The notes beneath the pieces were generated by a model. It did not search any database. It saw only the letters and a list, made by a program, of their open reading frames with translations, and was not told where the DNA came from. DNA of 64,000 nucleotides from Octopus sinensis (taxonomy: Eukaryota): NCBI RefSeq assembly GCF_006345805.1, contig NC_042998.1, positions 35,774,001 through 35,838,000 of the forward strand, read 5' to 3'. Shown here in pieces: positions 11,943 to 26,190 of the stretch. Position numbers and translations under genes: made by a program. Each line of letters starts with the position of its first letter. Within the stretch, counting starts at the first letter, position 1.

Positions 11943-14900
11943 ATCATCATCATCATCATCATCATTTAACGTCCGTTTTCCATGCTGGCATGGGTTGGAC
12001 AGTTCGACTGGGGTCTGGGAAGCCAGGAGGCTGCACCAGGCTCCAGTCTCTTCATTTGGATGCTCTTTCTCACATCAACCACTCCGAGAGTGTAGTGGGT
12101 GTTTTTTTTTATGTGTCGCCAGCACAGGGGCCTGAGGGGACTGGCATCAACCATGATTGGGCGGTGATTTTTATGTGCCACCGTCATAGAAGCCAATTAA
12201 TTAATTCCTAAAAAAGTTGGTGGGGGTCATGTTGACTATAAATTACAATTCCCTTAATGGTCAGATTATAAAGGAAGAAAGTGTAAAACAAAATGAAGAA
12301 TATGCTAGCAGAGTATCCCATCGTTTCTGGACAATTTTCACAATCAAGATTCCTTGGTTGACTTTCAGAATAGCACCCCCACATAACTTGGATTTTTTCT
12401 GTTTTCATAGGGATTTTTCAAGTTTTTTTCCACTACACCCTTGCAAATGATGTGGGGAAGCTTTTTATGAAGAAAACCTATTGAAAATTTACAAATCCCT
12501 CCTCCCTTCTTCTCAACTGATTTTGTCCTTTTTTTTTTATGCACTTATAAACAATAGGAGATGCCATTTTGGTAAAAAAATTTTTTTGAGAATTTCTGAA
12601 TTTTTTCAGACCTCTCAGTACCAATGTTCTTCTGCACTGTGTACTTAATAATAATGGCAGAATCCTTGAAGGTTAAAAAAAAACAAAAAAAAAACGGGTG
12701 GGGTATCATCATCATCATCATTGTTTAATGTCCATTTTTCAAACTGGCATGGGTTGGACAGTTCGACTGGTTCTGGGAAGCCTGGAGGCTGCACCAGGCC
12801 CCAATCTAATCGGCAATGATTATTACAGTCCCCACTTCCTTTCATTTTCAAACAGAAAATGAAGCATCAGTTTCAAAAAACAGGGAAATTTAGAAAAACT
12901 TTCCATTAACTCCACCCCACCGTGCCATAAATCCTAATTTTTAAAAAATATTTTCAAAATTTTTAATCATAGTTTTAAAATATGTGAATCTGCAATTTGT
13001 TTGTATTTATAATTTCAAAATAATTTTCAAATGAAACAGTACATGATTTAAGGGAGATTTAGCAGTTGTTTCTAACACAACCCACGATTGATGCCTTCCT
13101 CATTTCTTTGTCACATGTATTGATGTTTTTCAATATCTTTCTCCTTATAAACACATTTTATGGAATGATGTGGAGGTCCATTGCTGGGATTTAAGAAACA
13201 ACAACAAAAATTTTGTAATTTAAATTTTTAACCCCTGCCCTTACACCAAACCAGTCTATGTATGTGTGTGTAAGAAAAATATATTTACTAACAGAAAAGT
13301 ATGCTATTCAAATAATTTTTTACATACTTTTTTTTTTTCAATCTTTCTGTTGCCCGAATGAACTTCCTTACACACATGCATACAGACGACACATTGACAC
13401 GAGCAATATACTTTTAGGGAGAGTGAGAGTGTGGTAAATATACATAGAAAGGGGATGTCTATCATGAGAATAGCCGAAAAGTTTGGAAAAATGTTCGAGG
13501 TTTGATCAGAAAATGGGGTTTGTAAGATGGCATTTTGTGCAGATCTTAAAATGAAGAAAGTAAACATTAAAGACAGTTTTAAACAAGATGAAAGCAATGC
13601 ATGAGAGATAATACAGAGAGTCATAAAGAGTGTGGTAACAAATAGAGAATGGGACATTTGTCAATGTGAGAGTTGAGTTACTTGTCGTAGCAAATTGGCT
13701 GATGCCAGCGCCGCCTTGACTGGCTTCTGTGTTGGTGGTATGTTAAAAGCACCAACTGACTATGACCATTGCCAGCCTCCCCTGGCACCTGTGCTGGTGG
13801 CATGTAAAAAGCACCATCCATATGTGGTTGATGCCAGCACCGCCTTAACTGGCTTCTGTGCCGGTGGCACGTAAAAAAACACCCACTACACTCATGGAGT
13901 GGTTGGCGTTAGGAAGGGCATTGAGCTGTAGAAACACTGCCAGATCAGACTGGAGCCTGGTGCAGCCTCCTGGCTTCCCAGACACCGGTCGAACCGTCCA
14001 ACCCATGCTAGCATGGAAAAACGGACGTTAAACGATAATGATTATTATTTACAACCTTCTCTTCAGGATGCAGATTTTGAAAATCTAATACATTTTTCTC
14101 CGTTTCAGAACTTTTAGGGGATAAACTCACATACATAACCACTTGCACTCTCTTTTATATAGTAGATGTGTGTGTGTGTGTGTGTGATATATATATATAC
14201 ATCATCATCATCATCGTTTAACATTCGCTTTCCATGCTGGCATGGGTTGGACAGTTTGACATTTGGCTAGCAGGGAGCTGTCCAGACTCCAGCTGTCTGT
14301 TGTGGCATGGATTCTATAGCTGGATACCCTGGGGTCAATCTGTTCGACATTCTTGATGTGGCTGGCGTTAGGAAAGGCGTCCAGCTGTAGAAACTCTGCC
14401 AAGTCAGATTGGAGCCTGGTGCAGCTTTCTGGCTCGCCATTTCTCAGTCAAACTATCCAACCCATGTCAGTTTGGAAAATGGACGTTAAACGATAATGAT
14501 GATGATGATGATGATTTGTGTGCACTCACATAGGAAATGTATATACTGTATACATAAGTTCAGGCGACAAGTTCAAGCCAGTATTCAATGCCAGCAATGT
14601 TTCACTTTATGATCCAGAAAGTGAAACTACTGAACTTGGCAGAGATTATCATTTGCTGGAAACTCGACAAGGAAATGAAAGGAATGGTAATCCTCGTCAT
14701 ATGTCTGTTTTCCATGCTGGTATGGGTTGGAAAGTTTGACAGGAGGTGATAAGGCCAAAAGCAGCACCAGGTTCCACTGTCTGTTTTGACATACACTTTA
14801 CAGAGCGTACTCAAGGTACTTTTTATGCGGCACCAGCACTGACGGGGTCACGAAGTAACTTATAAGATGGAAACCCCTCGACTGGGAGTGGGAAGTAGTA

Positions 14901-15653
14901 TTGAGTGGCAGGGGGGGGTGACTTTGTGCCATTTGAGAGATTTTAAGGTTTAGAAGGGACACGTGTAGGGGTCTTGCAAAACAAAGGAATAAAATCTGCC
15001 GTTCCTTACATTTTGGGAAATTTGTCTTGTTTCCAAAATTCCAATATCACTCAAATGAAATAACTTTTCCCCGTTGCTCTCTAAATGCATTTGTAACGGT
15101 ATCCAAAAGCAAGCGAAAGTTAAATTAGTATATGGTATCCTCTTCATTGTTTAGTAGTAATTGTGGAGACAGATAGAATGATGTTGTAAGAGACAGAATT
15201 AGAACTAGAGAGAATTGTAGGGTGTTGTCTCACAGCAAACTTCATTTCTCCCTCTGGCCAAGATTGTAGCTGGTCAGCCACACTACATTCTCCCTGTGTT
15301 GTCACCGAGTGGTGACTAACTGATTTTTGCTTGGGATGTGCTTGCTTATATTAAGAAGGATAGGTATATCATTGAGAACAATAGATTTAGTTGGTGGTCT
15401 CATTATCTATTCTAGCTTTGGTGAAGTAGATGATGTTAGAAAGGGTCAAGTGGTGAAAACATTAATTTCTGGCCTTAGCCATGTTGAGATGGCAAATACA
15501 CCTCACATTGTCGTGCGGTTACTGTTTATACCTCGTTCAGAGATTTATTATTGCTTCTATACACTTTTTCGAGATCAGTGGCATAGAGTTACTGGAAAAA
15601 GTATAATAATATTTGCATTGGGAACTCCTTTCATTGAAAACCCGGTGATTGTC

Positions 15654-15696
15654 GTACGCTGAAGACGGGTCAAGACCCAGAAACAGCAGTCTGTGC
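15654..15696 (+). ncRNA. Type I hammerhead-like motif, third family
   Basis: GUACG-CUGAAGA-CGGGU-CAAG-ACCCA-GAAA-C-AGCA-G-UC-UGUGC. All three stems can form, with a C.A mismatch at the base of stem II. Confidence 0.6.
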
Positions 15697-16755
15697 ATAT
15701 CACTTTGGTTGACGAGGGAAGGATGACCTCCCTTTGCAAATACCGATAGGGCACAGAAAATGTGTCAATAGCCAGCTGGAGACGATGTTCTCCTGGGGCT
15801 ACAAGCTACAGCAACACCCACCCTTAGTGGTTAGCCATGTTGAGATGGCAAATACACCTCACATAAAAGACATCTCTGGAAGATGTAAAAACTGCTGTCA
15901 GAGAAAAACCATTGTTCCATCGTGGGAAAAGTTCTGTAGCAGTGTTGATTTAAATTTGGCTATGGTGGATCGAATCCACTTCATGCTTGCAGGATTCGCT
16001 ACACATTGACAAGAAATCTTAATTATCAGCAGACATCTTTAAAAGCAACCAACACACACTTGTGTGATTGAGTACTACTTTCTGCAGGAATATGCTCTAT
16101 CGGGGTTTCTCTACAATCTTCCTGAATATTTACTGAGAGAAAATTAATAGTCTTGCCACTTGAAATAAACCGGAAAAGATGATATGAGGGAAAAAAAAGA
16201 AAAAGAAAGCAAAACATCTTTGTAACATTAAAATGTTGACCACTCAGCTAAAATAATTTAATGATGATGGTAGTGGTAATGGTAATGGTGAATTTCGTTT
16301 GGTAAAGAGTATTAGGAAGCGTAATTTTGGTAAAACATGATGGTGGCACTCAGTGTTGACAGAAATAGTCATTAAAAAATGATACATTATTTTTAATATT
16401 GCTGTTGGCATAATTTCAAAAACAGCTTGAAATGTATCGCAGAAGAGAGCTGTATATGTACAGTTCAATAATGGTAGCGTGAGTGAAGGGTGTGTGTGTG
16501 TGTGTGTGTGTGGTGGAAGGAACGGGGACGTGTGAGTAGAGGGCTGAAAGAAGGAAACCAAATTAACTTATCTTTATTTGACTTTTTCAGAATGTATATT
16601 AATAAAATGAAATATTTTTAGATTTCCTAAGTGAGATACATACACACATATATATATGTATATATATATATATATTATTTTTATTTTCAAAAATCAGTGA
16701 ATGTATTTCATTCGAATTATTATATGTTTACAAAGGCGGATAGGCATTGACAGCT

Positions 16756-16826
16756 AGCAAGCCATGCTACTGCAGACTGATGATAAGCAATGACTCAGAA
16801 ACTAGTCTCTGGATGCTGGCTTTGCT
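16756..16826 (+). ncRNA. Type I hammerhead-like motif with extended stem I, fourth family
   Basis: GCAGA-CUGAUGA-[decayed stem II]-GAAA-CUAG-UC-UCUGG with the perfect palindrome ACUAGU. Distal stem I pairs AGCAAGCCA with UGGCUUUGCU. Confidence 0.55.
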
Positions 16827-17725
16827 GGGTGGAGGCGCTTATCTCCCCCTTTGAAAACATAAGGGCACAAGGAAATGTTTCAAGGCCAACAGGAAATGGT
16901 GTTTCCTAGGGCTAAATAACAGTAGCATTCTTCCCTTTAATGGGACTGTCACATTAAAGTTGACAACATACTATCACTTTATCGTGCTGCATGCATGCAT
17001 GCATGCATGCATGTATGTATGTATGTATGCATGCATGCATGCATCCATCCATCCATCCATCCCTTTAGCTCAGATCTTGATGTCACGTGATAGTTGTAAA
17101 TGAGTAGGCATGCCTGAGTGGTGAAAAGTTTGCTTCCCAACCACATGGTTCTGGGTTCAGTCCCACTGTGTGACACCTTGGGTAAGTGTCTTCTATAACC
17201 GCAAGCCAACCAAATCCTTATGAGTGGAATTGGTAGATAAAAACTGAAAGAAGCTTGTTGCATGTGCGTCCCATCATTACCTGATAACCAGTGTTAGTTT
17301 GTTTACATCCCTATAACTTAGCAGAATGGCAAAAGAGACCAATAAAGTAAGTACCAGGCCTACAACAAAAAGAAATCCTGGGGGTTGGTTCATTCGATTA
17401 AAAATTCTTCAGGTGGTGCCCCAGCATGGCCACAGTCTAATGACTGAAACAAATGAAAAATAAAGGATTCCAGGTAGTTTGTCTTCACACTCATGTACCC
17501 CGGGGGGGGGGGTAAGATAAACTGAGAGCATGAAGAAAATTGTGGCTGGGAAGACTCGTCAAGCCAAGTGAAATTGTTTTGGTGGCCAGTGCTGGTGGCA
17601 CATAAAAGTACCCATGCTGGTGGCACATAGAAGCAGCTGTGCACAGAGAAGCAGGTGATACATAAAAGGCACCTACTATACTCTTTTTATTCCCTAACAA
17701 ATAAAATTAAATAAGATATACATAC

Positions 17726-17760
<35 letters not shown>

Positions 17761-18167
17761 CAGGAGTGGCTGTGTGGTAAGTAGCTTGCTTACCAACCAC
17801 ATGGTTCCTGGTTCAGTCCCACTGCGTGGCACCTTGGGCAAGTGTCTTCTACTATAGCCTCGGGCCGACCAAAGCCTTGTGAGTGGAATTGGTAGACGGA
17901 AACTGAAAGAAGCCTGTCGTATATATGTATATATATGTATGTGTGCATGTATGTTTGTGTGTCTGTGTTTGTCCCCCTAGCATTGCTTGACAACCGATGC
18001 TGGTGTGTTTATGTCCCCGTAACTTAGCGGTTCTGCAAAAGAGACCGATAGAGTAAGTACTGGGCTTAGAAAGAATAAGTCCCGGGGTCGAGTTGCTCGA
18101 CTAAAGGCGGTGCTCCAGCATGGCCACAGTAAAATTACTGAAACAAACAAAAGAGTGTATGTATATG

Positions 18168-18198
<31 letters not shown>

Positions 18199-19758
18199 GG
18201 AACAAGTAGAAATATTTTTCAATGCATAAATACTGATAGAACAGCATATTTAGGCTAAAATCCTTTAAGAGCAGAAAAATTTGTCAGCGACCAGCCCTGA
18301 ATGCTGACATATTTTTCTACTTTTATTATCCTTTATATCCTGTATTTCTATCAGCATTTACACATTGAAAAATTTATCTTCCTACTTGTTCTACAATACA
18401 TTTCAACGCTTCAAAAACAAACTTATCTTTGTTTACATATGACGTAATTTATATATATATTTATATATATATGTATGCATAAATATATATGGAGGCATTG
18501 CCTCTATTGAGATTATTAAGCGGAATTTAGCTCACTTGGAGCACTGCAACTCCAGTCTGTATTTTATTTGCGAGTATTGTTAACAGTAGCAATCTCAAAA
18601 TAAAGCTGTGTATTTTATATGTATACATACAGGCGTAGGAGTGGCTGTGTGGTAAGTAGCTTGCTTACCAACCACATGGTTCCGGGTTCAGTCCCACTGC
18701 GTGGCATCTTGAGCAAGTGTCTTCTGCTATAGCCCCGGGCCGACCAATGCCTTGTGAGTGAATTTGGTAGACAGAAACTGGAAGAAGCCTGTCGTATATA
18801 TGTATATATATATGTGTGTCTGTGTTTGTCCCCCTAGCATTGCTTGACAACCGATGCTGGTGTGTTTACGTCCCCATCACTTAGCGGTTCAGCAAAAGAG
18901 ACCGATAGAATAAGTACTGGGCTTACAAAGAATAAGTCCTGCGGTCGATTTACTCGACTAAAGGGCGGTGCTCCAGCATGGCCACAGTCAAATGACTGAA
19001 ACAAGTAAAAGAGTAAAAGAGATACACACACAAACACACACACACATGTATAGACATATTTACAACTGCAAAAGCTCATGTTTACAATAACGTAATTTCC
19101 TTTAATCTCTATGTATTATCTATTACTAAATTTATCTCCTTTGCCAAGATGATCTCTGTACTCTTGAGTGCACTGTTGTAAAGGTGAACCACCTTTTAAT
19201 ACCAATTCAAAAATTTCACTGAAATGTGGCAGATTCAAACATGAACCTTTGACTGTTCAATTTGCAAGCTTGTAATATATTATCTAACTTCGTGTTAATT
19301 CCAAGTGCATGGCTCCATCCACACCCCAAGTAGAAAGTAGAATACACAATTTGACAGAATAATCCAAATGCTAAAGGGTTAATGGAACTGCCCCAGCATG
19401 GCCACATGTCACTGGTTAAAACAACTGTATCTATAGTAGAAAAATGTAGAATTTTCTCTTTTCCTTTCCTTCTCTTTCCTTTTTTCACTCTTTACCTGCT
19501 TCCCCCCACCCCCTTCAGACATTGACACACCTCTCTTTTACTCTTTACTCTTTTACTTGTTTCAGTCATTTGACTGCGGCCATGCTGGAGCACTGCCTTT
19601 TAATCGAGCAACTCGACCCCGGGACTTATTCATTGTAAGCCCAGTACTTATTCTATCGGTCTCTTTTGCCGAACCGCTAAGTGACGGGGACGTAAACACA
19701 CCAGCATCGTTGTCAAGCAATGCTAGGGGGACAAACACAGATACACAAACACACACAC

Positions 19759-19812
<54 letters not shown>

Positions 19813-22124
19813 CATATATACGACGGGCTTCTTTCAGTTTCCGTCTACCAAATCCACTCACAAGGCATTGGTCGGCCTGGGGCTATAGTAGAAGACACTT
19901 GCCCAGGATGCCACGCAGTGGGACTGAACCCGGAACCATGTGGTTGGTTAGCAAGCTACTTACCACACAGCCACTCCTGCGCCTATTCTTAACAGATCAT
20001 CTGTATTACCCTTTGAATTCAATCTGATGATTGGGAATGAGGAATTAGAATAACCAGATATGAGGTACCAGTTACCATTATAACCGGAAATAACACTTGC
20101 CCCTTTGTCATCCAGTCAGTAAAAACCATTGAAGTTAGTACAGATTGGTAGATTAAAAATCACAATGAAATAATGTTTGGTAGTTCTCCACTAAATTTGG
20201 CAAAGAAACTAAGAAGGATTGTCAAATGTAATATTTGTATTATTAAGACAAATAATAAAAGCACAATTAACTGTGTAGCATCGTTAGGATTTAATTTGCA
20301 GTATGGCTTTAATGATTTTAATTCAAAACTTATGAAAACAATACATTTGTACTACAGAGCCAGAGCTGGTTTCAGCCAGGTTGTTAACGAAAGGGTTAAC
20401 CTGCTATAAATAGCTGCTAAATCTCCCTTAAATTTCACCTTTTTAAAAAAGAACAACATATTGGGCAATCTAATCTTAAATATGCAAAAACTGAAATGAT
20501 CAGATGTGTTACATATTTGCTCAGAGATCTCCCTCAATCTCCAGCTAAATAACAGCTGATACTGTAAGTTTATATATATATATATATTTATATATATACA
20601 CACCTGAGTGTTTACATTTTATGCCAACGTCAGCACAATCAATAAGTTTTCAAGTATAAAATTCAGTGATTACCACCACCACCACCACCATCAGCAAACA
20701 TTGTTGTTTTTTTGCTACATTTGAATAGGTGCAAGTTGTGATTAAGCCACTTGATATCCTCTCTCCAATCAATTCCGTATCCATCGCTAAGAGATTTCAC
20801 TTCTAATGGCTTAATCCAGTTGTAGATGATAGCTTCTCAGGAAATATTCAGCAAATATTTCAAAGTCTATGCTAATAAGGTCTAATAAGATGGAAATATA
20901 TCTAGAGTTGTCTCTCTTACTAGAATAAACAAATATTAGTCATTTATTAAGATTATCTTTTCCCCACTGCATAACTATTTCCACTTAGCTTTTTAATGCT
21001 GACTGCATTAATTACAGTAATAATTAAACCTTAGAAGTTTAGATGGTATTCTCACCATGAAGGTTACACAACCCCACTGAATAGCACAATGGCTGCAACA
21101 TGCTCTGGCTGCCTTTACTGTGCTCCCTGCGCTCATACACTATAATGTAATGCCGGTGGCACGTAAAAGGGCACCATTCAAGCATGATCGTTACTAACGT
21201 CGCCTTACTGGCACCTGTGCCAGTGGCATGTGTAAAAAGATTCGCGCGAGGTCATTGCCAGTACTGCCTGACTGACCCCGTGCCGGTGGCACGTAAAAAG
21301 CACCCACTACACTCTCAGAGTGGTTGGCATTAGGAAGGGCATCCAACTGTAGAAACTCTGCCAGATCAAGATTGGAGCCTGGGGCAGCCATCTGGTTCGC
21401 CAGCCCTCAGTCAAAATCGTCCAACCCATGCTAGCATGGAAAGCGGACGTTAAACGATGATGATGATGATAGTCTGGTTCCAGCCCAGAATGAAGTACAG
21501 CTGTTGTGGTTTAGCTCCTCATTCGTCCTGAGTGACAAGACTGTGATCAATCTTGTTACAGTGTCAGGTTTACTCTGGCAGAATCAGTTGATAGGAACAA
21601 CATTCTCAAGATTGCTGCTAGCCTTCTTCCTTAGTATAATAATAGTCATGGTATCGGGGCATCGGCCAGACCATCAGATGTTGCTATATATCACAATGCA
21701 ATTTCCATTGTTTTAGCTTTTGAATGTTGCCACCCTGCTGGCTAGGCAAACAGGCAGACATTCCCTGCTGATCGGAAGACTATTTTCCGTTGCAGGGGTT
21801 ACCAATTTACGGCTGAGGGGACTGGAGCAATGTGACACAAAGTGCTTTGCTCAAGGGCACAAATCAAACCCATGATCTAGCAATTGTGAGTGCCACATCT
21901 TACCTATTAGGCCACATTCCTTCACATATTAATAATAATAATGATAATAATAATAATCATCATCATTTAACATCCACTTTCCATGCTAGCATGGGTTGGA
22001 CGATTTGACTGAGGTCTGGCAAACCAGATGGCTGCACCAAACTCCAATCTGATCTGGCAGTGTTTCTACAGCTGGATGCCCTTCCTAACACCAACCACTC
22101 CGAGAGTGTAGTTAATAATAATCA

Positions 22125-24967
22125 TCATCATCATCATTTAACGTCCGCTTTCCATGCTAGCATGGGTTGGACGGTTCAACTGGGGTCTGGGGAGCCCGAA
22201 GGCTGCACCAGGCCAGTCAGATCTGGCAGTGTTTCTACAGCTGGATGCCCTTCCTAACGCCAACCACTCCGAGAGTGTAGTGGGTGATTTTATGTGCCAC
22301 CGACACAGGTGCCAGACGAGGCTGGCGAACGGCCACGCTCGGATGGTGTTTTTATGTGCCACCGACACAGGTGCCAGACGAGGCTGGCGAACGGCCACGC
22401 TCGGATGGTGTTTTTATGTGCCACCGACACAGGTGCCAAACGAGGCTGACGAACAGCCACGATCGGATGGTGTTTCTTACGTGCCCACAGCACGGAGGCC
22501 AGTCGATGCGGTACTGGCTACGACCACGTTCGGATGGTTTTCTTGTGTGCCACCGGCACTGGTACCACAAAGATACAAATTCCATTGATGTTCATCTATT
22601 TTGATTTGATTTGATTTGATCACTTGTCTCAACAGGTCTTCACAAGTGTCACAAGAAGGAAGGTATGCACAGGTGGACTGACTACGTCCCAAGTAGAGGC
22701 CACGGGTTATGGCCTGACTAGTCTTGCCGGGTCTTCGGATGGTGTTTTTATGTGCCACCGACGCAGGTGCCAGATGAGGCTGGCGAACGGCCACGATCGG
22801 ATGGTGTTTGTTATGAGCCCACAGCACGGAGGCCAGTCGATGCGGTACTGGCTACGGCCACGTTCGGATGGTTTTCTTGTGTGCCACCGGCACTGGTACC
22901 ATAAAGATACAAATTCCATTGATGTTCATCTATTTTATTTTGATTTTCACTTTCACTTGCCTCAAAAGGTCTTCACAAGTGTCACAAGAAGGAAGGTATG
23001 CACAGGTGGACTGACTACGTCCCAGGTTGGGGCCACGGATTATGGCCTGACTAGTCTTGCCGGGTCTTCGGATGGTGTTTTTATGTGCCACCGACACAGG
23101 TGCCGGATGAGGCTGGCGAACGGCCACGATCGGATGGTGTTTGTTACGTGCCCACAGCACGGAGGCCAGTCGATGCGGTACTGGCTACGACCACGTTCGG
23201 ATGGTTTTCTTGTGTGCCACCGGCACTGGTACCACAAAGATACAAATTCCATTGATGTTCATCTATTTTGATTTGATTTGATTTGATCACTTGTCTCAAC
23301 AGGTCTTCACAATGTCACAAGAAGGAAGGTATGCACAGGTGGACTGACTACGTCCCAAGTAGAGGCCACGGGTTATGGCCTGACTAGTCTTGCCGGTCTT
23401 CGGATGGTGTTTTTATGTGCCACCAACGCAGGTGCCAGATGAGGCTGGCGAACGGCCACGATCGGATGGTGTTTTTTGTTATGAGCCCACAGCACGGAGG
23501 CCAGTCGATGCGGTAACTGGCTACGGCCACGTTCGGATGGTTTTCTTGTGTGCCACCAGCACTGGTACCATAAAGATACAAATTCCATTGATGTTCATCT
23601 ATTTTATTTTGATTTTCACTTTCACTTGCCTCAAAAGGTCTTCACAAGTGTCACAAGAAGGAAGGTATGCACAGGTGGACTGACTACGTCCCAGGTTGGG
23701 GCCACGGATTATGGCCTGACTAGTCTTGCCGGGTCTTCGGATGGTGTTTTTATGTGCCACCGACACAGGTGCCGGATGAGGCTGGCGAACGGCCACGATC
23801 GGATGGTGTTTGTTACGTGCCCACAGCACGGAGGCCAGTCGATGCGGTACTGGCTACGGCCACATTCGGATGGTTTTCTTGTGTGCCACCGGCACTGGTA
23901 CCACAAAGATACAAATTCCAATGATATTCATCTATTTCGATTTGTTTTGATTTTTTTGATTTTCACTTGCCTCAACAGGTCTTCACAAGTGTCACAAGAA
24001 GGGAGGTATGCACAGGTGAACTGACTACGTCCCAGGTAGGGGCCACGGGTTATGGCCTGACTAGTCTTGCCGGGTCTTCGGATGGTGTCTTTATGTGCCA
24101 CCGACACAGGTGCCAGATGAGGCTGGCGAACGGCCACGATCGGATGGTGTTTGCTATGTGCCCACAGCACGGAGGCCAGTCGATGCGGTACTGGCTACGG
24201 CCACGTTCGGATGGTTTTCTTGTGTGCCACCGGCACTGGTAACAAAGATACAAATTCCATTGATGATCATCTATTTTATTTTGATTTTCACTTTCACTTT
24301 CACTTGCCTCAACAGGTCTTCACAAGTGTCACAAGAAGGAAGGTATGCACAGGTGGACTGACTACGTCCCAGGTAGGGGCCACGGGTTATGGCCTGACTA
24401 CTCTTGCCGGGTCTTCTCACACACAGCATATTTCCATAGGTCTCGGTCTCTAGTCATTTCCTTGGTGAGACCTAAAGTTCGAAGGTCGTGCTTCACCACC
24501 TCGTCCCAGGTTTTCCTGGGTCTACCTCTTCCACAGGTTCCCTCAACTGCTAGGGTGTAGCACTTTTGCACACAACTATCTACAGCCATTCTCGTCACAT
24601 GACCATACCAGCGCAGCCGTCTCTCTTGCACACCACAATTGACGCTTCTTAGGTTCAACTTTTCTCTCAAGGTACTAACGCTCTGACGAGCTTGCACACT
24701 GACATTACACATCCATCGGAGCATACTGGCTTCATTTCTTGCAAGCTTACGCATATCCTCAGCAGTCACGGCCCATGTTTCACTACCATGTAGCATGGCT
24801 GTACGTACACATGCATCATACAGTCTGCCTTTTACTCTGAGCGAGAGGCCTTTTGTCACCAGCAGGGGTAAGAGCTCTCTAAACTTTGCCCAAGCTATCC
24901 TTACTCTAGCAGTTACACTTTCAGCACACCCACCCCCGCTACTGACTTGGTCTCCTAATATCATCAT
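22125..24967 (-). mobile_element. RTE-X-like LINE 3' end (ORF2 C-terminus 24398-24967) with a six-fold tandem amplification of the 3' UTR
   Basis: The ORF has HGSETW, LRWYGHV and GRGRPRKTW. A ~335-bp unit recurs at 22635, 22968, 23302, 23637, 23978 and 24315. (GAT)n tail near 22125. Confidence 0.92.
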
Positions 24968-26100
24968 TGTTTAACGTCCACTTTCCATGCTAGCATGGGT
25001 TGGACAATTTGGACTGGTGAACCAGATGGCTGCACCAGGCTCCAATCTTAATCTGGTAGTGCTTCTACAGCTGGATGCCCTTCCCAATGCCAACCACTTC
25101 GTGAGTGTAGTGGGTGCTTTTTACGTGCCACTGGCAGGAGGGTCATTCAGGCGGTACTGGCAACGGCCACGCTCAAATGGTGTTTTTTATGTGCCACCTG
25201 CACAGGAGCCAGTCCGAAAGATTTTCAGGTGCCACTGGCACAAGTGCCAGTAAGGTGATGCTGGTAACGATGACGCTCAAATGAAGCTTTTTACGTGCCA
25301 CCAGCATCAAAGACAGTCAGCTGCTCTGGCAATGATCATGCTCAGATGGTGCTCTCAGCGCTCCACTAGCACAGATGCCAGTCATCGAATTTGATTTTGA
25401 TTTCACTTGCCTCAATAGGTCTTCACAAGCAGAGTTTAGTGTCCAATGAAGGAAAGGCATGCATAAGTGGGCTGGTTACACTACTGGCATAGGCCACGGG
25501 GTTATGGTCTCATTTGGCTTGCCAGGTCTTCTCAAGCACAGCATATTTCCAAAAGTCTCAGTCACTAGTCATTGCCTCGGTGAGGCTTAATGTTTGAAGG
25601 TCGTGCTTCACCACTACATCCCAGGTCTACCTCTTCCACGGATTCCCTCCATTGCTAGGGATTGGCACTTTTTCACACAGCTATCCTCATCCATTTTCGC
25701 CACATGAACATACCAGTGCAGTCGTCTCTCTTGCACACTACATCTGATGCTTCTTAGGTCCAACTTTTCTCTCAAGGTACTTACACTCTGTCAAGTATGC
25801 ACACTGACATTATACATCCATCAGAGCATACTGGCTTCATTCCTTGCAAGCTTACGCATGTCCTCAGCAGTACAGCCCATGTTTCACTGCCATGTAGCAT
25901 GGCTGTTCACATACATGCATCATACAGTCTGCCTTTTATTCTGAGTGAGAGGCCTTTTGTCACCAGCAGAGGTAAGAGCTCTCTGAACTTTGCCCAGGCT
26001 ATTCTTATTCTAGCAGCTACACTTCACAGCACACCCTCCCCCGCTACTAACGTGGTCACCTAGGTAACGGAAGTTATCAACTACTTCTAGTTTTTCTCCC
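24960..26100 (-). mobile_element. Older, decayed RTE-X-like LINE 3' end
   Basis: Colinear with 27790-28400 but with many substitutions. Confidence 0.85.
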
Positions 26101-26118
26101 TGGAATGTGGCGGAAGTT

Positions 26119-26190
<72 letters not shown>

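Noticed and set aside
13304-13657. 117-aa minus-strand ORF
   Set aside because: Probably a decayed LINE remnant, with motifs too weak to assign.
22138-24560. Dozens of overlapping 65-215 aa ORFs; superficially CRISPR-like repeat array
   Set aside because: These are tandem LINE 3' UTR units with no unique spacers, in eukaryotic DNA.
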